From a bacterium (GTDB taxonomy: Bacteria > Electryoneota > JAOADG01), in the NCBI GenBank assembly GCA_963681965.1, contig OY820579.1:2256835-2320834 (forward strand): a DNA stretch of 64,000 nt, in the 5' to 3' direction. The notes under the pieces are model-generated. The model saw only the letters and a list, made by a program, of their open reading frames with translations. It searched no databases and had not been told where the DNA came from. A program made the position numbers and the translations under genes. This document shows positions 10,041-19,748 of this stretch, piece by piece (position 1 is the stretch's first letter; each line of letters opens with the position of its first letter).

Positions 10041-10528
10041 TTCATCTTTCCCAACACCCATCTTTTCGGTGGCGCAGGCCTCCGAGCCTGCGATTCGCTT
10101 CTTTTAAGTATGTCGGAATTTATTCCGACTCTTTTTTTTCTTTTGGCGGTTCGCGAACCGCCCGTTTTTCTTTCTTTTCCCACCTCCCAATACCTACCAC
10201 CCACCACCCATCATTTCCGTAGGTCAGAACTTGTTCTGACCATCTCCGGTATCTTTTTCTGGTATCTAGACCTGTCATTGCATAGCCGACGTAGGCTGCT
10301 TTGGTAGCGGCGGACTTTAGTCCGCGTATTGATTTTTACAAGATTCTACAAGAATTGCGGACTAAAGTCCGCCACTACCAAAAGATGGGTGTTAGGGAAT
10401 AGGTGGTGGTAATCGGGAAAAGGTTAAAATAAGGGAGGGCGTATGCACCCACCCGTTCTTTTTATTTTTTATCCATAAATACACTTGATTTGTTTTGATC
10501 TTACCGGTAAATTACAACTGTTGTATAT
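10041..10528. repeat. REP/MITE-like cluster downstream of nuoN
   Basis: gtcggaatttattccgac, ggcggttcgcgaaccgccc, gtaggtcagaacttgttctgacc, and two inverted copies of ggtagcggcggactttagtccgc around a ~35-bp AT-rich core (MITE-like). Confidence 0.8.
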
Positions 10529-10558
10529 GTGATGTTATTCGACAATGATGAGGTGATT

Positions 10559-12295
10559 ATGAAAACCAGCTTTCGAACTTTCCTGCTTCTGTTTATTACC
10601 CTTTCCTTATTCACACTTGTGAATGCACTACCCCTTTCCGGGGTGAAAACCGTTGGTGGTACCAATCCTGACTTTCCCTCATTAACTGCTGCAATCGACT
10701 CGCTCAATGCGCTCGGCGTTGCCAACGGGGGTGTGACATTCATACTGCGTGGCGGAACCTATCGCGAGCATTCCCGTGTGATTGTTACACCGACGAATAT
10801 CAATCGTCCGATTCACTTCACAGTCGAAGATGGTGCTGAAGTCGCAATTGAAATCGATTCGCTGCCAGGCGATACAATCGGATTTCAACTGCAAAGTCGT
10901 CATGTCACGATCGATGGCAGTTGGACGAACGATACGCTCGGACAACACCTCGCGATCGTAGGAACCAACTTACGCATCGGTGTGTGGTTCGCTAACGGTT
11001 CCGACTCGTCGATTGTGAAGAATTGTCGCATCACGCTACCGCGATCCATTACTCACGATCAGACAGAGGGAATCTGGGTCGGAGCATATGACTATTCAAT
11101 AATTGATGGCATCCGAATTCGACAATGTGCTATCGAAGGGGGGCAGGATGGAATTCGAGTGATTGCGCATTCGTCATTCGCAATGAATGGTATTGAAATT
11201 TCGAATTGCGAAATTAGCAATTTTTATTGGAACGGAATTTGGTTATACGCTTACAGTTGCGCAAAGATCTTCAATAACCGAATCTACCAAACAGTGGTGA
11301 CTACCGAAGTTGGAATCGGCATCTATGGCGGCGACTCTTGTCAGATCGTTGCCAATAAAATTGGTCCATTGCTAAGCTCAGTACGCGTGATTGGAATTAT
11401 CGACGGGTCGCACAATACAATTACCAATAATTTCATCAGGCTTGGTGATATGTCGAATTGCGCTGTGTACGGGATTCTAAGTCAGGTTGGTGCCGGGAAT
11501 AAATACCTGTTTAATACGGTTGTAACGTTCGGAACTTCGCGGATCGATTCGATTTCTACCGGGAATAGTACTTGTTTTTGGTCGACGGGATTTAATGTTG
11601 ATTCGCTTTGGGGAAATATTTTCGTCAATACCCGCACGGGACCCGGTCAACACCACGATTGTCTCTATATCGATACGGGACATGATCCGCGTTTCAGTAA
11701 CTATAATCTCTTCTACACCGCTTACGATACGGTGCTCCGAAACTGCTTTCTCGAGCGGCACGATACGGCACACTTTACCGGTTTCATTCATTCTGCGCGC
11801 TGGTTTCCGCGCGATTCCAATTCGATCTTCGGTCTTCCGGATTTTTCCTCCAATAACGATTTACATCTTCGGCACGACACAACCTCAATCGTTCACCATC
11901 GTGCACCACGCCACTGGCTTGTACCGACCGATATCGACGGAGAACCACGTTCTGCGCCTTACTGCGATATTGGTGCCGATGAATGGGATTCGGTGATGAC
12001 TGCTATTTGGCAGAATACTACGACGTTGCCATTGCAGTTTTCTCTGCATCCGAATTATCCCAATCCGTTCAATTCATCGACCACGATCTCGTATGAATTG
12101 CCGCATGCAGCGAATGTCGAGATTAAATTGTTCGATCTGACGGGTCGCGAAGTATCAACGCTCGTGCAGCAATGGCAGGGAGCGGGGAGGTATCGCTTGC
12201 CATTCGCGGGTCGCAATTTATCGTCGGGAACCTATTTTGTCCGGATGCAAGCTGGTGAATTTGAGAAGACGCAGAAGATCGTGTTATTACGCTAA
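10559..12295 (+). CDS. Secreted right-handed beta-helix protein with T9SS C-terminal sorting domain
   Basis: Signal peptide MKTSFRTFLLLFITLSLFTLVNA; parallel beta-helix-like repeats; C-terminal LFDLTGREV...GTYFVRMQ...QKIVLLR. Confidence 0.7.
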   Translation: MKTSFRTFLLLFITLSLFTLVNALPLSGVKTVGGTNPDFPSLTAAIDSLNALGVANGGVTFILRGGTYREHSRVIVTPTNINRPIHFTVEDGAEVAIEIDSLPGDTIGFQLQSRHVTIDGSWTNDTLGQHLAIVGTNLRIGVWFANGSDSSIVKNCRITLPRSITHDQTEGIWVGAYDYSIIDGIRIRQCAIEGGQDGIRVIAHSSFAMNGIEISNCEISNFYWNGIWLYAYSCAKIFNNRIYQTVVTTEVGIGIYGGDSCQIVANKIGPLLSSVRVIGIIDGSHNTITNNFIRLGDMSNCAVYGILSQVGAGNKYLFNTVVTFGTSRIDSISTGNSTCFWSTGFNVDSLWGNIFVNTRTGPGQHHDCLYIDTGHDPRFSNYNLFYTAYDTVLRNCFLERHDTAHFTGFIHSARWFPRDSNSIFGLPDFSSNNDLHLRHDTTSIVHHRAPRHWLVPTDIDGEPRSAPYCDIGADEWDSVMTAIWQNTTTLPLQFSLHPNYPNPFNSSTTISYELPHAANVEIKLFDLTGREVSTLVQQWQGAGRYRLPFAGRNLSSGTYFVRMQAGEFEKTQKIVLLR

Positions 12296-12698
12296 TATTG
12301 TATTGTGGTGGCGCAAGCTTCCGAGCCTGCGAGCATCTTCTTTTTGTAGGTCAGAACTTGTTCTGACCACTTCCTGTGTCTGCCTTTGGTGGCGCAAGCT
12401 TCCGAGCCTGCGATTCCCTGTGTCCGATAAAAAAAAAAGGGCAACAACCCATTCTTGTATCCTGATTTGTCGTTGCGAGGAACGTAGCGAAGGAACGTGC
12501 GCAGCACTTCCGAAGCGAAGAGACGAAGCAATCTTCTTGTATCTTTTTATTTTGATTTGCTATTACGAGCGAAGCACATCATGTATCCTGTCGTACAGCC
12601 GAATTCCGATTCGGCATTTTTTGACTTGGCGATCCACTTGGGTCCGATAAAAAAAAGGGCGGTTCCACAACCGCCCTTGATAATGTCTCTATCCACTC
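12296..12698. repeat. REP-like hairpin cluster
   Basis: ggtggcgcaagcttccgagcctgcg (x2), gtaggtcagaacttgttctgacc, ~70-nt cgttgcgagg...gaagcaatc element, gggcggttccacaaccgccc. Confidence 0.75.
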
Positions 12699-14294
12699 CT
12701 AACACTTCAACCCAATTCCCTGATGTTCCGGTCGCAACAAATCGTTTACGGTCTTCACCGGTGCAAAGGTGGCAATCGGTACTTCCACGAAAAGCGTGAT
12801 CCAATGCGCCATCGCGCCATTCCACAACCCCGGTAACTCCAGCGCCTTGAGCAGTTTCCCGTCCTTCGATTTCTCGGAAATGAATGCCGTCTCCGAATCG
12901 ACAAATTTCGCAAGATCGAAGGGCTTGCCATGGAAATCGCGCACTGCACAGATCAAATCGACCGGATTGAAATGCGTCGATCGATTCCAGATCGCGAGTT
13001 GTTCCGGATTCTTTTTGTCGATCTGTGACGATTCGACAATCTGTCGCGACAGCGCACCGCTGGAAGCCCGCACCCAGAACGGTCCTCCGCCCGGTTCCCC
13101 CTCGTTTTTTACCATCCCGCAAATTCGCAACGGTCGATTCAATAAGTTGAACATGAGTTGTCGCTTGTGCGCAACGGTTGTCGACTGATCGATCTCACCC
13201 ACATCGAGTTGCAGGGTAGTTGTTGCGAAATCCAATGCTGCATTCAGCTCGGCTTCAGGTAGATCAGGTTGTTCAAGCGCTGTCAAATAGTGGCTGAGCG
13301 CTTCCTGAATCATTGCACAATATCCGATCAGGAATCGTTTCCACTGAAACACCAAAGCATTCGCCGGTGCCGGAACGACATTGTCGATATTCTTGATCGT
13401 CACAATATCGCCTTGCAGTGCATTCAAATTCTGCAGCAGCGCACCGTGTCCACCCGGGCGAAACACCAATGTGCCATCGGAATTGCGAAACGGTTGATTA
13501 TCAAGATCGACGGCAATCGTATCCGTCGAAGGCGATTGTATCGAATAATCGATCGAGAATTTCAGCGATGCATGTTCCAACTGCGATCGAATCTGTTCGA
13601 TATGATCTTGTACTTCCTGTTGAAAATCTTCCGGTACTGTGAAATGAATTCGGAGAACATTCGACGCATTACCAGCGAGTGCTGCCGCTTCGGCAAGCTG
13701 TTCGGCAAACGGTGTACGGGTATGATCGTCGTAGCGATGAAATGGAATCAGCCCTTTCGGTAAATTCGCCAGATTCAAACCGGATTGCGACAGAATGTAA
13801 CCGAGTAGCGTTTTTTCGTTGTGATTGGCGAGTAGTTGCGCAATCGTCGTATTGGTCTGATTGATCAATGCGACTAATTCAGCGTAAAACGGCAGATCTT
13901 CCAGCCGTGCGAGCAACTCTTGTACAGCTTTCACATCGGGATCATCGGACGAATCTGTCCACGCAATCTGTTCGCCATTCTGTAACCGGTCGTACACCAC
14001 ATTCAGCGAATGAAACATCCGCGATGCGGCACCGGACGCCGGTACAAATTTGCTGACCCGATTTTGCCGGATCGCATCGTGATGACGTTTCAGCAATTCC
14101 TCGAAATCGGTTGGATCGAGTTTCACAATCCCATCGCCAATTGTACACGGTCGATCAAGTTGCAACGGTTTTGTCCCGCGCTGAAATTGCGCGAGTTGTT
14201 CATGGATACGTTCCGGTGCGACACCATGCAGTTCGATTTGCCGCAGGATTTCGGAATCGAGAGAATTGTCGGGTAGATTGTTCGATTGGGTCAT
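12699..14294 (-). CDS. DUF4301-like family protein (function unknown)
   Basis: Conserved blocks KFVPASGAASRMF, RPGGHGALLQNL, NIDNVVP, GEPGGGPFWV, GLWNGAM, recalled from memory as DUF4301-type. Start uncertain (track 14399); Met36 chosen. Confidence 0.55.
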   Translation of the reverse strand: MTQSNNLPDNSLDSEILRQIELHGVAPERIHEQLAQFQRGTKPLQLDRPCTIGDGIVKLDPTDFEELLKRHHDAIRQNRVSKFVPASGAASRMFHSLNVVYDRLQNGEQIAWTDSSDDPDVKAVQELLARLEDLPFYAELVALINQTNTTIAQLLANHNEKTLLGYILSQSGLNLANLPKGLIPFHRYDDHTRTPFAEQLAEAAALAGNASNVLRIHFTVPEDFQQEVQDHIEQIRSQLEHASLKFSIDYSIQSPSTDTIAVDLDNQPFRNSDGTLVFRPGGHGALLQNLNALQGDIVTIKNIDNVVPAPANALVFQWKRFLIGYCAMIQEALSHYLTALEQPDLPEAELNAALDFATTTLQLDVGEIDQSTTVAHKRQLMFNLLNRPLRICGMVKNEGEPGGGPFWVRASSGALSRQIVESSQIDKKNPEQLAIWNRSTHFNPVDLICAVRDFHGKPFDLAKFVDSETAFISEKSKDGKLLKALELPGLWNGAMAHWITLFVEVPIATFAPVKTVNDLLRPEHQGIGLKC

Positions 14295-14436
14295 GAATAG
14301 TTGCTCGTGTAACGATAAATAATACCGGTAATCGGCGTCGAACTTGTTCGGATGATTCATTAACAGAGGAAAATACGGAGTGGTTCCAACCATCCGCAAA
14401 TCGGTACCTGAAGTGTTAAAGAAAGGATTTTGGCAG

Positions 14437-15252
14437 TTACGTCAGTTTCGGAAACGAACGCTTCCCGTAGATTTCGCCTAACTTGCGCAACTGTTCCGCT
14501 TCTTCGGTCTGAAACCCTTCGTGCCTGCGGACAATCGGTTCGCGATCCCACTTCGAACCGCGCTTCGTGAATGTCGAGATACAATCGACACAAATCGGTT
14601 TATCGAAGAAGCGCGCTCCGCCCCATGCGAACTGCTCTTGCGCAATCACATTCAGCCCGACTTTCTCACACAATCCGCGGAAAATCTGGGCATCCATTTC
14701 TGCCGATCGCCATCCCGGATTGACACTTTCCGCTTCCCAGATCTCCTTTGGTAATCCCGCTAGCCCGCGCCGGACGTATTCTGCGAGATTCGAGTGGTGG
14801 AAGAATCCGACTCCGTCCGATGTCAGCTTTTTCGAGACCTGAATCAAGTAGGAGATAATTACATCGCTCTCGCAATGTACCAGCGAATCGAAACTGATGA
14901 TGAAGTCGAAAGCAGCATCCGGTACCATTTCCAGTGATTTGCCATCATTCACAAAGTATTGTATATGCTTATCTTGGGTGAACTTTCCTTGGCAGACTTC
15001 GATACAATTCGGACTTAAATCCACCAGATACAATTCTTTACACATGTCTTTCAGGTATTGGGTGATTCTGCCATGTCCCGGAGCGATCTCGAGAATACGC
15101 GGTACCGGCAAAAAGTTATGGAGACGGGGCAATAACGAACCATACCAGAGCATTTCCGACCCACCCCAACACCCCGACCAACTCTCACCCTCGCGATATT
15201 TCGTCCAGTCCGCTTCGTCCCACACCCGCAAATTGTCTTGAATCGATGGCAT
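14437..15252 (-). CDS. Class I SAM-dependent methyltransferase
   Basis: Motif I LEIAPGHGRIT followed by acidic LVDLS. Confidence 0.7.
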   Translation of the reverse strand: MPSIQDNLRVWDEADWTKYREGESWSGCWGGSEMLWYGSLLPRLHNFLPVPRILEIAPGHGRITQYLKDMCKELYLVDLSPNCIEVCQGKFTQDKHIQYFVNDGKSLEMVPDAAFDFIISFDSLVHCESDVIISYLIQVSKKLTSDGVGFFHHSNLAEYVRRGLAGLPKEIWEAESVNPGWRSAEMDAQIFRGLCEKVGLNVIAQEQFAWGGARFFDKPICVDCISTFTKRGSKWDREPIVRRHEGFQTEEAEQLRKLGEIYGKRSFPKLT

Positions 15253-15909
15253 TTTACCGTTCCTCTCCCGGAGAATAATTGATTATTCGAACAATTATGG
15301 TGCATTGGATCAAGTTCTATGCCATTTCCATGGTTATTCATAGATATTGGTTCCCATGTCTAAGTGAACCTATTATCTATTGGTAGCGGCGGACTTTAGT
15401 CCGCTTTCAGTTATTTTATTCGTAGTAGCGTATAGTATACGCCGATGGATCAATCATGAACGCACCGTTGTTACAAGAATGGCGGACTAAAGTTCCCCGC
15501 TACCAATCTTTTCCCCCATCACCCAAAACCCACTACCTACCACCCATCCTGTCGGTGGCGCAAGAGTCCGAGCATCATCTTTTCCGTAGGTCAGAACTTG
15601 TTCTGACCACTTTTTGTTTTTTTTCTCTCTTTTCCTACCACCCACCACCTATTCCCTACCACCCATCATTTCCGTATGTCGGAATTTATTCCGACTCCTC
15701 TTGTGTCCCTCAAACACGGGCGGACGCGGGAATCCGTCCATACAGGATACAAGATTCAGGAAAAACGCAGGCTGAAGCCTGCGGCTACGCCCAAGACAGA
15801 AAAAAAAAGCGGACTAAAGTCCGCCGCTACCCTTCTTTTCCCCATCACCTACTACCCACCACCCACCACCCATCCTTATGGCACTGCCTTTGCTCCATTA
15901 CTGGTAAGA
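15253..15909. repeat. REP/MITE-like cluster
   Basis: ggtagcggcggactttagtccgc inverted pair, gtaggtcagaacttgttctgacc, gtcggaatttattccgac, cgcaggctgaagcctgcggctac. Confidence 0.8.
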
Positions 15910-18900
15910 ATGAAGGGGATCACTATGTCGGAACATCAGCCGGTCATCACCATCGGTATCACCAATTTCAACCGGGAAAAATATCTCGCGTTGGCAATCC
16001 AAAGCGCACTCGATCAGGAGACAACCGTCCCGTATGAAGTGCTGCTGGTCGACGACGGTTCTACCGACCGCTCGGTGGAAATTGCCCGAATGTTTGAGGA
16101 TCCTCGACTGCGGATCGTGGAAAAACCGCACACCAATGCTCCCGACACCCGCAATCGCTGTATTGCCGAGATGCGTGGCGAATGGTTGCTCTGGCTCGAT
16201 TCCGACGACCTGCTCCTGCCCGATGCCGTCACTCATTTGTGGGAAGTAGTTCAGCGCTATCCAGCCGTAGACGTCATATACGGCGATTTGGTCACTACCG
16301 ATGCCGATCTCAAAGAAACCGGGATCATCCACTACGAAAGTTGGCGCGGGCATAACGAAGAACTGCTGAAAACAATGCTGACCAAAAACGCGATCCCCAA
16401 TCCCGGAACAATGATTTCGAAACGGATGTTCGAGCAGCATGGCGGGTACGATCTGAATTTTAGTCGTGGTCACGATTACGAGTTTTGGTCGCGACTTGCT
16501 GGCGATGCCAATTTCGAGCATACTCCTCATGTCACCTATGCCTGGCGACTGCACGAGGGGAGTATGACGCCGCCATCGCAGGCAGGCGATAAATCGCGAC
16601 GGATCTCCGAAACACTGGTCGTACGATCGATGCTGGAACGTTATCCGATGCAACGGCTATTCCCCGAACTGCAATGGAGCAATCCCGATAAAGCGCTGCG
16701 ACGCGCATGGGAACTCGCATCGTGGTTGCCGATGATTTCCTGTAATGAAGAGGCAGTGGCGTGGTGCTATTCGAAAATTCAGGAACTCCCGACCATTACC
16801 AGTTCGAAAGCGGCACTGCGCATTCTTCATGTCGGCTGGGGGTATTACTCGAAGGATCTGAATAAATCCGGTCTGGTCGTTTACAATCACCGGTTGGCGC
16901 AGGCTCAACGCGCGCAGGGAAACGAAGTCGCTTGTTTTGTCGCCGGCGATCTGCGCAACAGTGCGACCAATGAACCGTTTGTTACACAGCGTCAAATCGA
17001 AGAAGTACGCTACTATATCGTCGGCAATCGCCCGGTCGTATACAACGATTTTTCCTTTCCGGAACGCGAGATCCACAATCCACCGATTGCGACACTATTC
17101 CGTCAGACGATCGATAATTGGCGACCGGATGTCGTCCATTTCCACAATCTCGTCGGTCTCGGGATGTCGCTCCCGGCTGTGGCAAAAGCGGCGGGTGTCA
17201 AAACCGTAATGACTGTGCACAATTTCTGGTTACCCTGCCCGCGCGGAAATTTAATCAGAGCCGATTTCACGCGCTGCGACGGTCCCGGTGACGGTCTGCA
17301 ATGCGCTGCTTGTGTCGGCGCGATCCCGCAAGCGGCACCGCGCTTTCAGCACCGATTGATGGTAGCGCAAAAAACCGTCGGTGAGCAGATCGACAAATTC
17401 CTCGCGGTATCGCAACGGGTTATCGATCTCTATCGCCAATTCGGTTTCGAACGCAATCAATACGATGTGGCAATCGCATCGGATTCTGCGACACAGTTGT
17501 GGGAAACGCAGGGCGAGTTGCGAACACGGTCGGCATTTCGGATTCCGTTGCGCTTTGCCTATTTCGGCACGATCCAGCCGATCAAAGGTCTCGATGTCCT
17601 CTTGCGGGCAATATTGAAGTTGCAGGAGCTGCGTCGCACCGAACGCAATTCCGGAGATGAGACCGCAAAACCGACATTCTTGAATGAAAAGATTGCGACC
17701 AAACCGACGAAGATCGAATTGTCGATCTTTGGTTTGATTACCGATCAGGAGTATGGGAAGATCGTGAACCGGATGATTCCGCAAATCGATCCGGAATTTG
17801 TTTCGGTGCATGTCCATGGCGAATATCAGCCTGATGAAGTTGGTGCACTGTTGGCAAAGGTCGATGTGGTGATCTCGCCGTCGACTTGCGAAGATTGTGC
17901 GCCACAAGGGGTGATGGAAGCGCTTGGTGCCGGTGTGCCGGTGATTGGATCGCGGATTGGCGGCATCCCCGGATTGATGAATGGGACGATGGGCGGGTGG
18001 TTGTTCGATGCCGGCGATGCCGAAGGATTGGCGAAAATCATTGCCGAATTGATCGACAATCCGCGCGAAGTAGAATTCAAACGTCGGGTGTTGTTGCCGC
18101 CGAAACCGTTTGCGGAGCATGTCGAGGAATTAGATCGTTGCTATCGTGAATTACTTGGCTACAATTTCGAAGAAATGAAACCGGTGACGATTCCGTTGAT
18201 GGGACAACACCGCGAGTTACCGCAGGAATTGAGCCGGAAAACGATTTTCGTCTATTCCTGGGATTCCCCGGAGAATGCCTGTGCCAAGCTGCGGATCTGG
18301 GATCCGATGCAACGCACGAAGCGGTGGGATATGGTAAATGCACACAAAATTCTCAATAACCGCCATTCCGAATTTATTCTCGACCCGAAACCGTCGATGG
18401 TGATTGTGCAGCGGCAATTCCCGATTGTGGTTTCGCGTGCCGGCGAACAATTGCGCAACCGACTTACCGATTGGCATCGCGAAGGGGTGCCGTTCACCTA
18501 CGATATCGACGACGACTTCTTCACGTTGTCGGCGAACAATCCGAATTTTGTGTTCTATCAGCGCTTCCCGCAAGCGTTTTTCCAGACGATACCGTGGTAT
18601 GTCAAGATGACGACATCCACTGAAGTATTGGCGGAACGGATGAAACGATTTGGTGTTCCGATCGAGGTACTCCCGAATCAATTGGATGAGACCTTGTGGC
18701 ATTTGGAAGCATCCGATCCAATACCGGAGCATGATGAAGATAGTCCGATCGTGATTGGGTGGATGGGTACACCGACCCACGAAGAGGATTTGAATCCGAT
18801 CCTGCCGATTTTGGAAAATGTGTTGCGCGATTATGCCGGTCGAATAATTCTCCAATTCCACGGTTGGTGTCCACCCGGTTGGCGCAAGCGCGAAGGAATT

Positions 18901-19332
18901 CGCTTTGTCGAAGGATTGAATCCACATTATGCCGATTTCGTGCGACGCTTTCGTGAACATCCACCGGAGATTGCATTGGCACCACTCTCGCCGATGGCAT
19001 TCAACTTATCGAAGAGCGATATCAAGTTCCTCGAATATGCTGCTGTCGGTGCCGTCGGGTTGTATGCCGATTTGCCGCCCTATTCCGGAACGGTGAAGCA
19101 TCGCGAGAACGGGTATCTGCTGCCGACGAACGACTTCACTCAGTGGGATGCTGCATTGCGAGAATTGATTGAGGATCGTGCGCAGCGACGTGAATTGGCT
19201 GCGAACGCGTATCGTTATGTGAAAGCCGAACGAACATTGGCAACGCAGGCGATTCGCTGGGAAAATATTTATCGCAGCGTCGAGAGTATGATTGCGAAAC
19301 CAATATCCGATACCGAGCGCATCGCAATTTAG
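15910..19332 (+). CDS. Multidomain glycosyltransferase (N-terminal GT2-like, central GT4-like, C-terminal GT-B-like)
   Basis: GT2 signature ITIGITNFNREKYL...LLVDDGSTD...DSDD; GT4-like EDCAPQGVMEALGAGVPVIGSRIGGIP. Track start 15676 reads through repeats; first ATG after repeats used (15925 is an alternative). Confidence 0.75.
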   Translation: MKGITMSEHQPVITIGITNFNREKYLALAIQSALDQETTVPYEVLLVDDGSTDRSVEIARMFEDPRLRIVEKPHTNAPDTRNRCIAEMRGEWLLWLDSDDLLLPDAVTHLWEVVQRYPAVDVIYGDLVTTDADLKETGIIHYESWRGHNEELLKTMLTKNAIPNPGTMISKRMFEQHGGYDLNFSRGHDYEFWSRLAGDANFEHTPHVTYAWRLHEGSMTPPSQAGDKSRRISETLVVRSMLERYPMQRLFPELQWSNPDKALRRAWELASWLPMISCNEEAVAWCYSKIQELPTITSSKAALRILHVGWGYYSKDLNKSGLVVYNHRLAQAQRAQGNEVACFVAGDLRNSATNEPFVTQRQIEEVRYYIVGNRPVVYNDFSFPEREIHNPPIATLFRQTIDNWRPDVVHFHNLVGLGMSLPAVAKAAGVKTVMTVHNFWLPCPRGNLIRADFTRCDGPGDGLQCAACVGAIPQAAPRFQHRLMVAQKTVGEQIDKFLAVSQRVIDLYRQFGFERNQYDVAIASDSATQLWETQGELRTRSAFRIPLRFAYFGTIQPIKGLDVLLRAILKLQELRRTERNSGDETAKPTFLNEKIATKPTKIELSIFGLITDQEYGKIVNRMIPQIDPEFVSVHVHGEYQPDEVGALLAKVDVVISPSTCEDCAPQGVMEALGAGVPVIGSRIGGIPGLMNGTMGGWLFDAGDAEGLAKIIAELIDNPREVEFKRRVLLPPKPFAEHVEELDRCYRELLGYNFEEMKPVTIPLMGQHRELPQELSRKTIFVYSWDSPENACAKLRIWDPMQRTKRWDMVNAHKILNNRHSEFILDPKPSMVIVQRQFPIVVSRAGEQLRNRLTDWHREGVPFTYDIDDDFFTLSANNPNFVFYQRFPQAFFQTIPWYVKMTTSTEVLAERMKRFGVPIEVLPNQLDETLWHLEASDPIPEHDEDSPIVIGWMGTPTHEEDLNPILPILENVLRDYAGRIILQFHGWCPPGWRKREGIRFVEGLNPHYADFVRRFREHPPEIALAPLSPMAFNLSKSDIKFLEYAAVGAVGLYADLPPYSGTVKHRENGYLLPTNDFTQWDAALRELIEDRAQRRELAANAYRYVKAERTLATQAIRWENIYRSVESMIAKPISDTERIAI

Positions 19333-19748
19333 TTTTAAGTAGGGGCGGGCTCCCATGCCCGCCCGTTTTTGTATTTTTTTTTTCTTGCAGTACTGCCGAT
19401 CTCCGAATCGGCATTCTTTCACAGTAGGGGCGACCCTCCGCGGTCGCCCATTTTTGTGTCTTTTTTTATCCTCTCCCACCACCCAATACCTATCACCCAC
19501 CACCTATCTTTTCCGTGGGTCGGAATTTATTCCGACTCCTCTTGCGTCCGAAAAAGATGCGGGCGACCGCGGAGGATCGCCCCTACTACAAGATACATGA
19601 TTCAAAAAACGCATGCTGAAGCCTGCGGCTACAAAGAAAACAGAAATAAAAAAAGCGGACTAAAGTCCGCCGCTACCAAAATCTGAATACACACAAAAAA
19701 AATCGCGGGGTCGTTACAACCCCGCGATCTTCGATGAGATGACTGAAC
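19333..19748. repeat. REP-like hairpin cluster
   Basis: gtaggggcgggctcccatgcccgcccg, gtaggggcgaccctccgcggtcgccc, gtcggaatttattccgac, gcaggcttcagcatgc-type hairpin, gcggactaaagtccgccgctacc. Confidence 0.8.

Noticed and set aside
15676-15909. N-terminal 78 residues of the track ORF for the glycosyltransferase
   Set aside because: This part translates REP hairpins (MSEFIPTPLVSLKHGRTRE...); the glycosyltransferase domain begins at MKGITMSEHQPVITIGITNF, so the start was moved to 15910.
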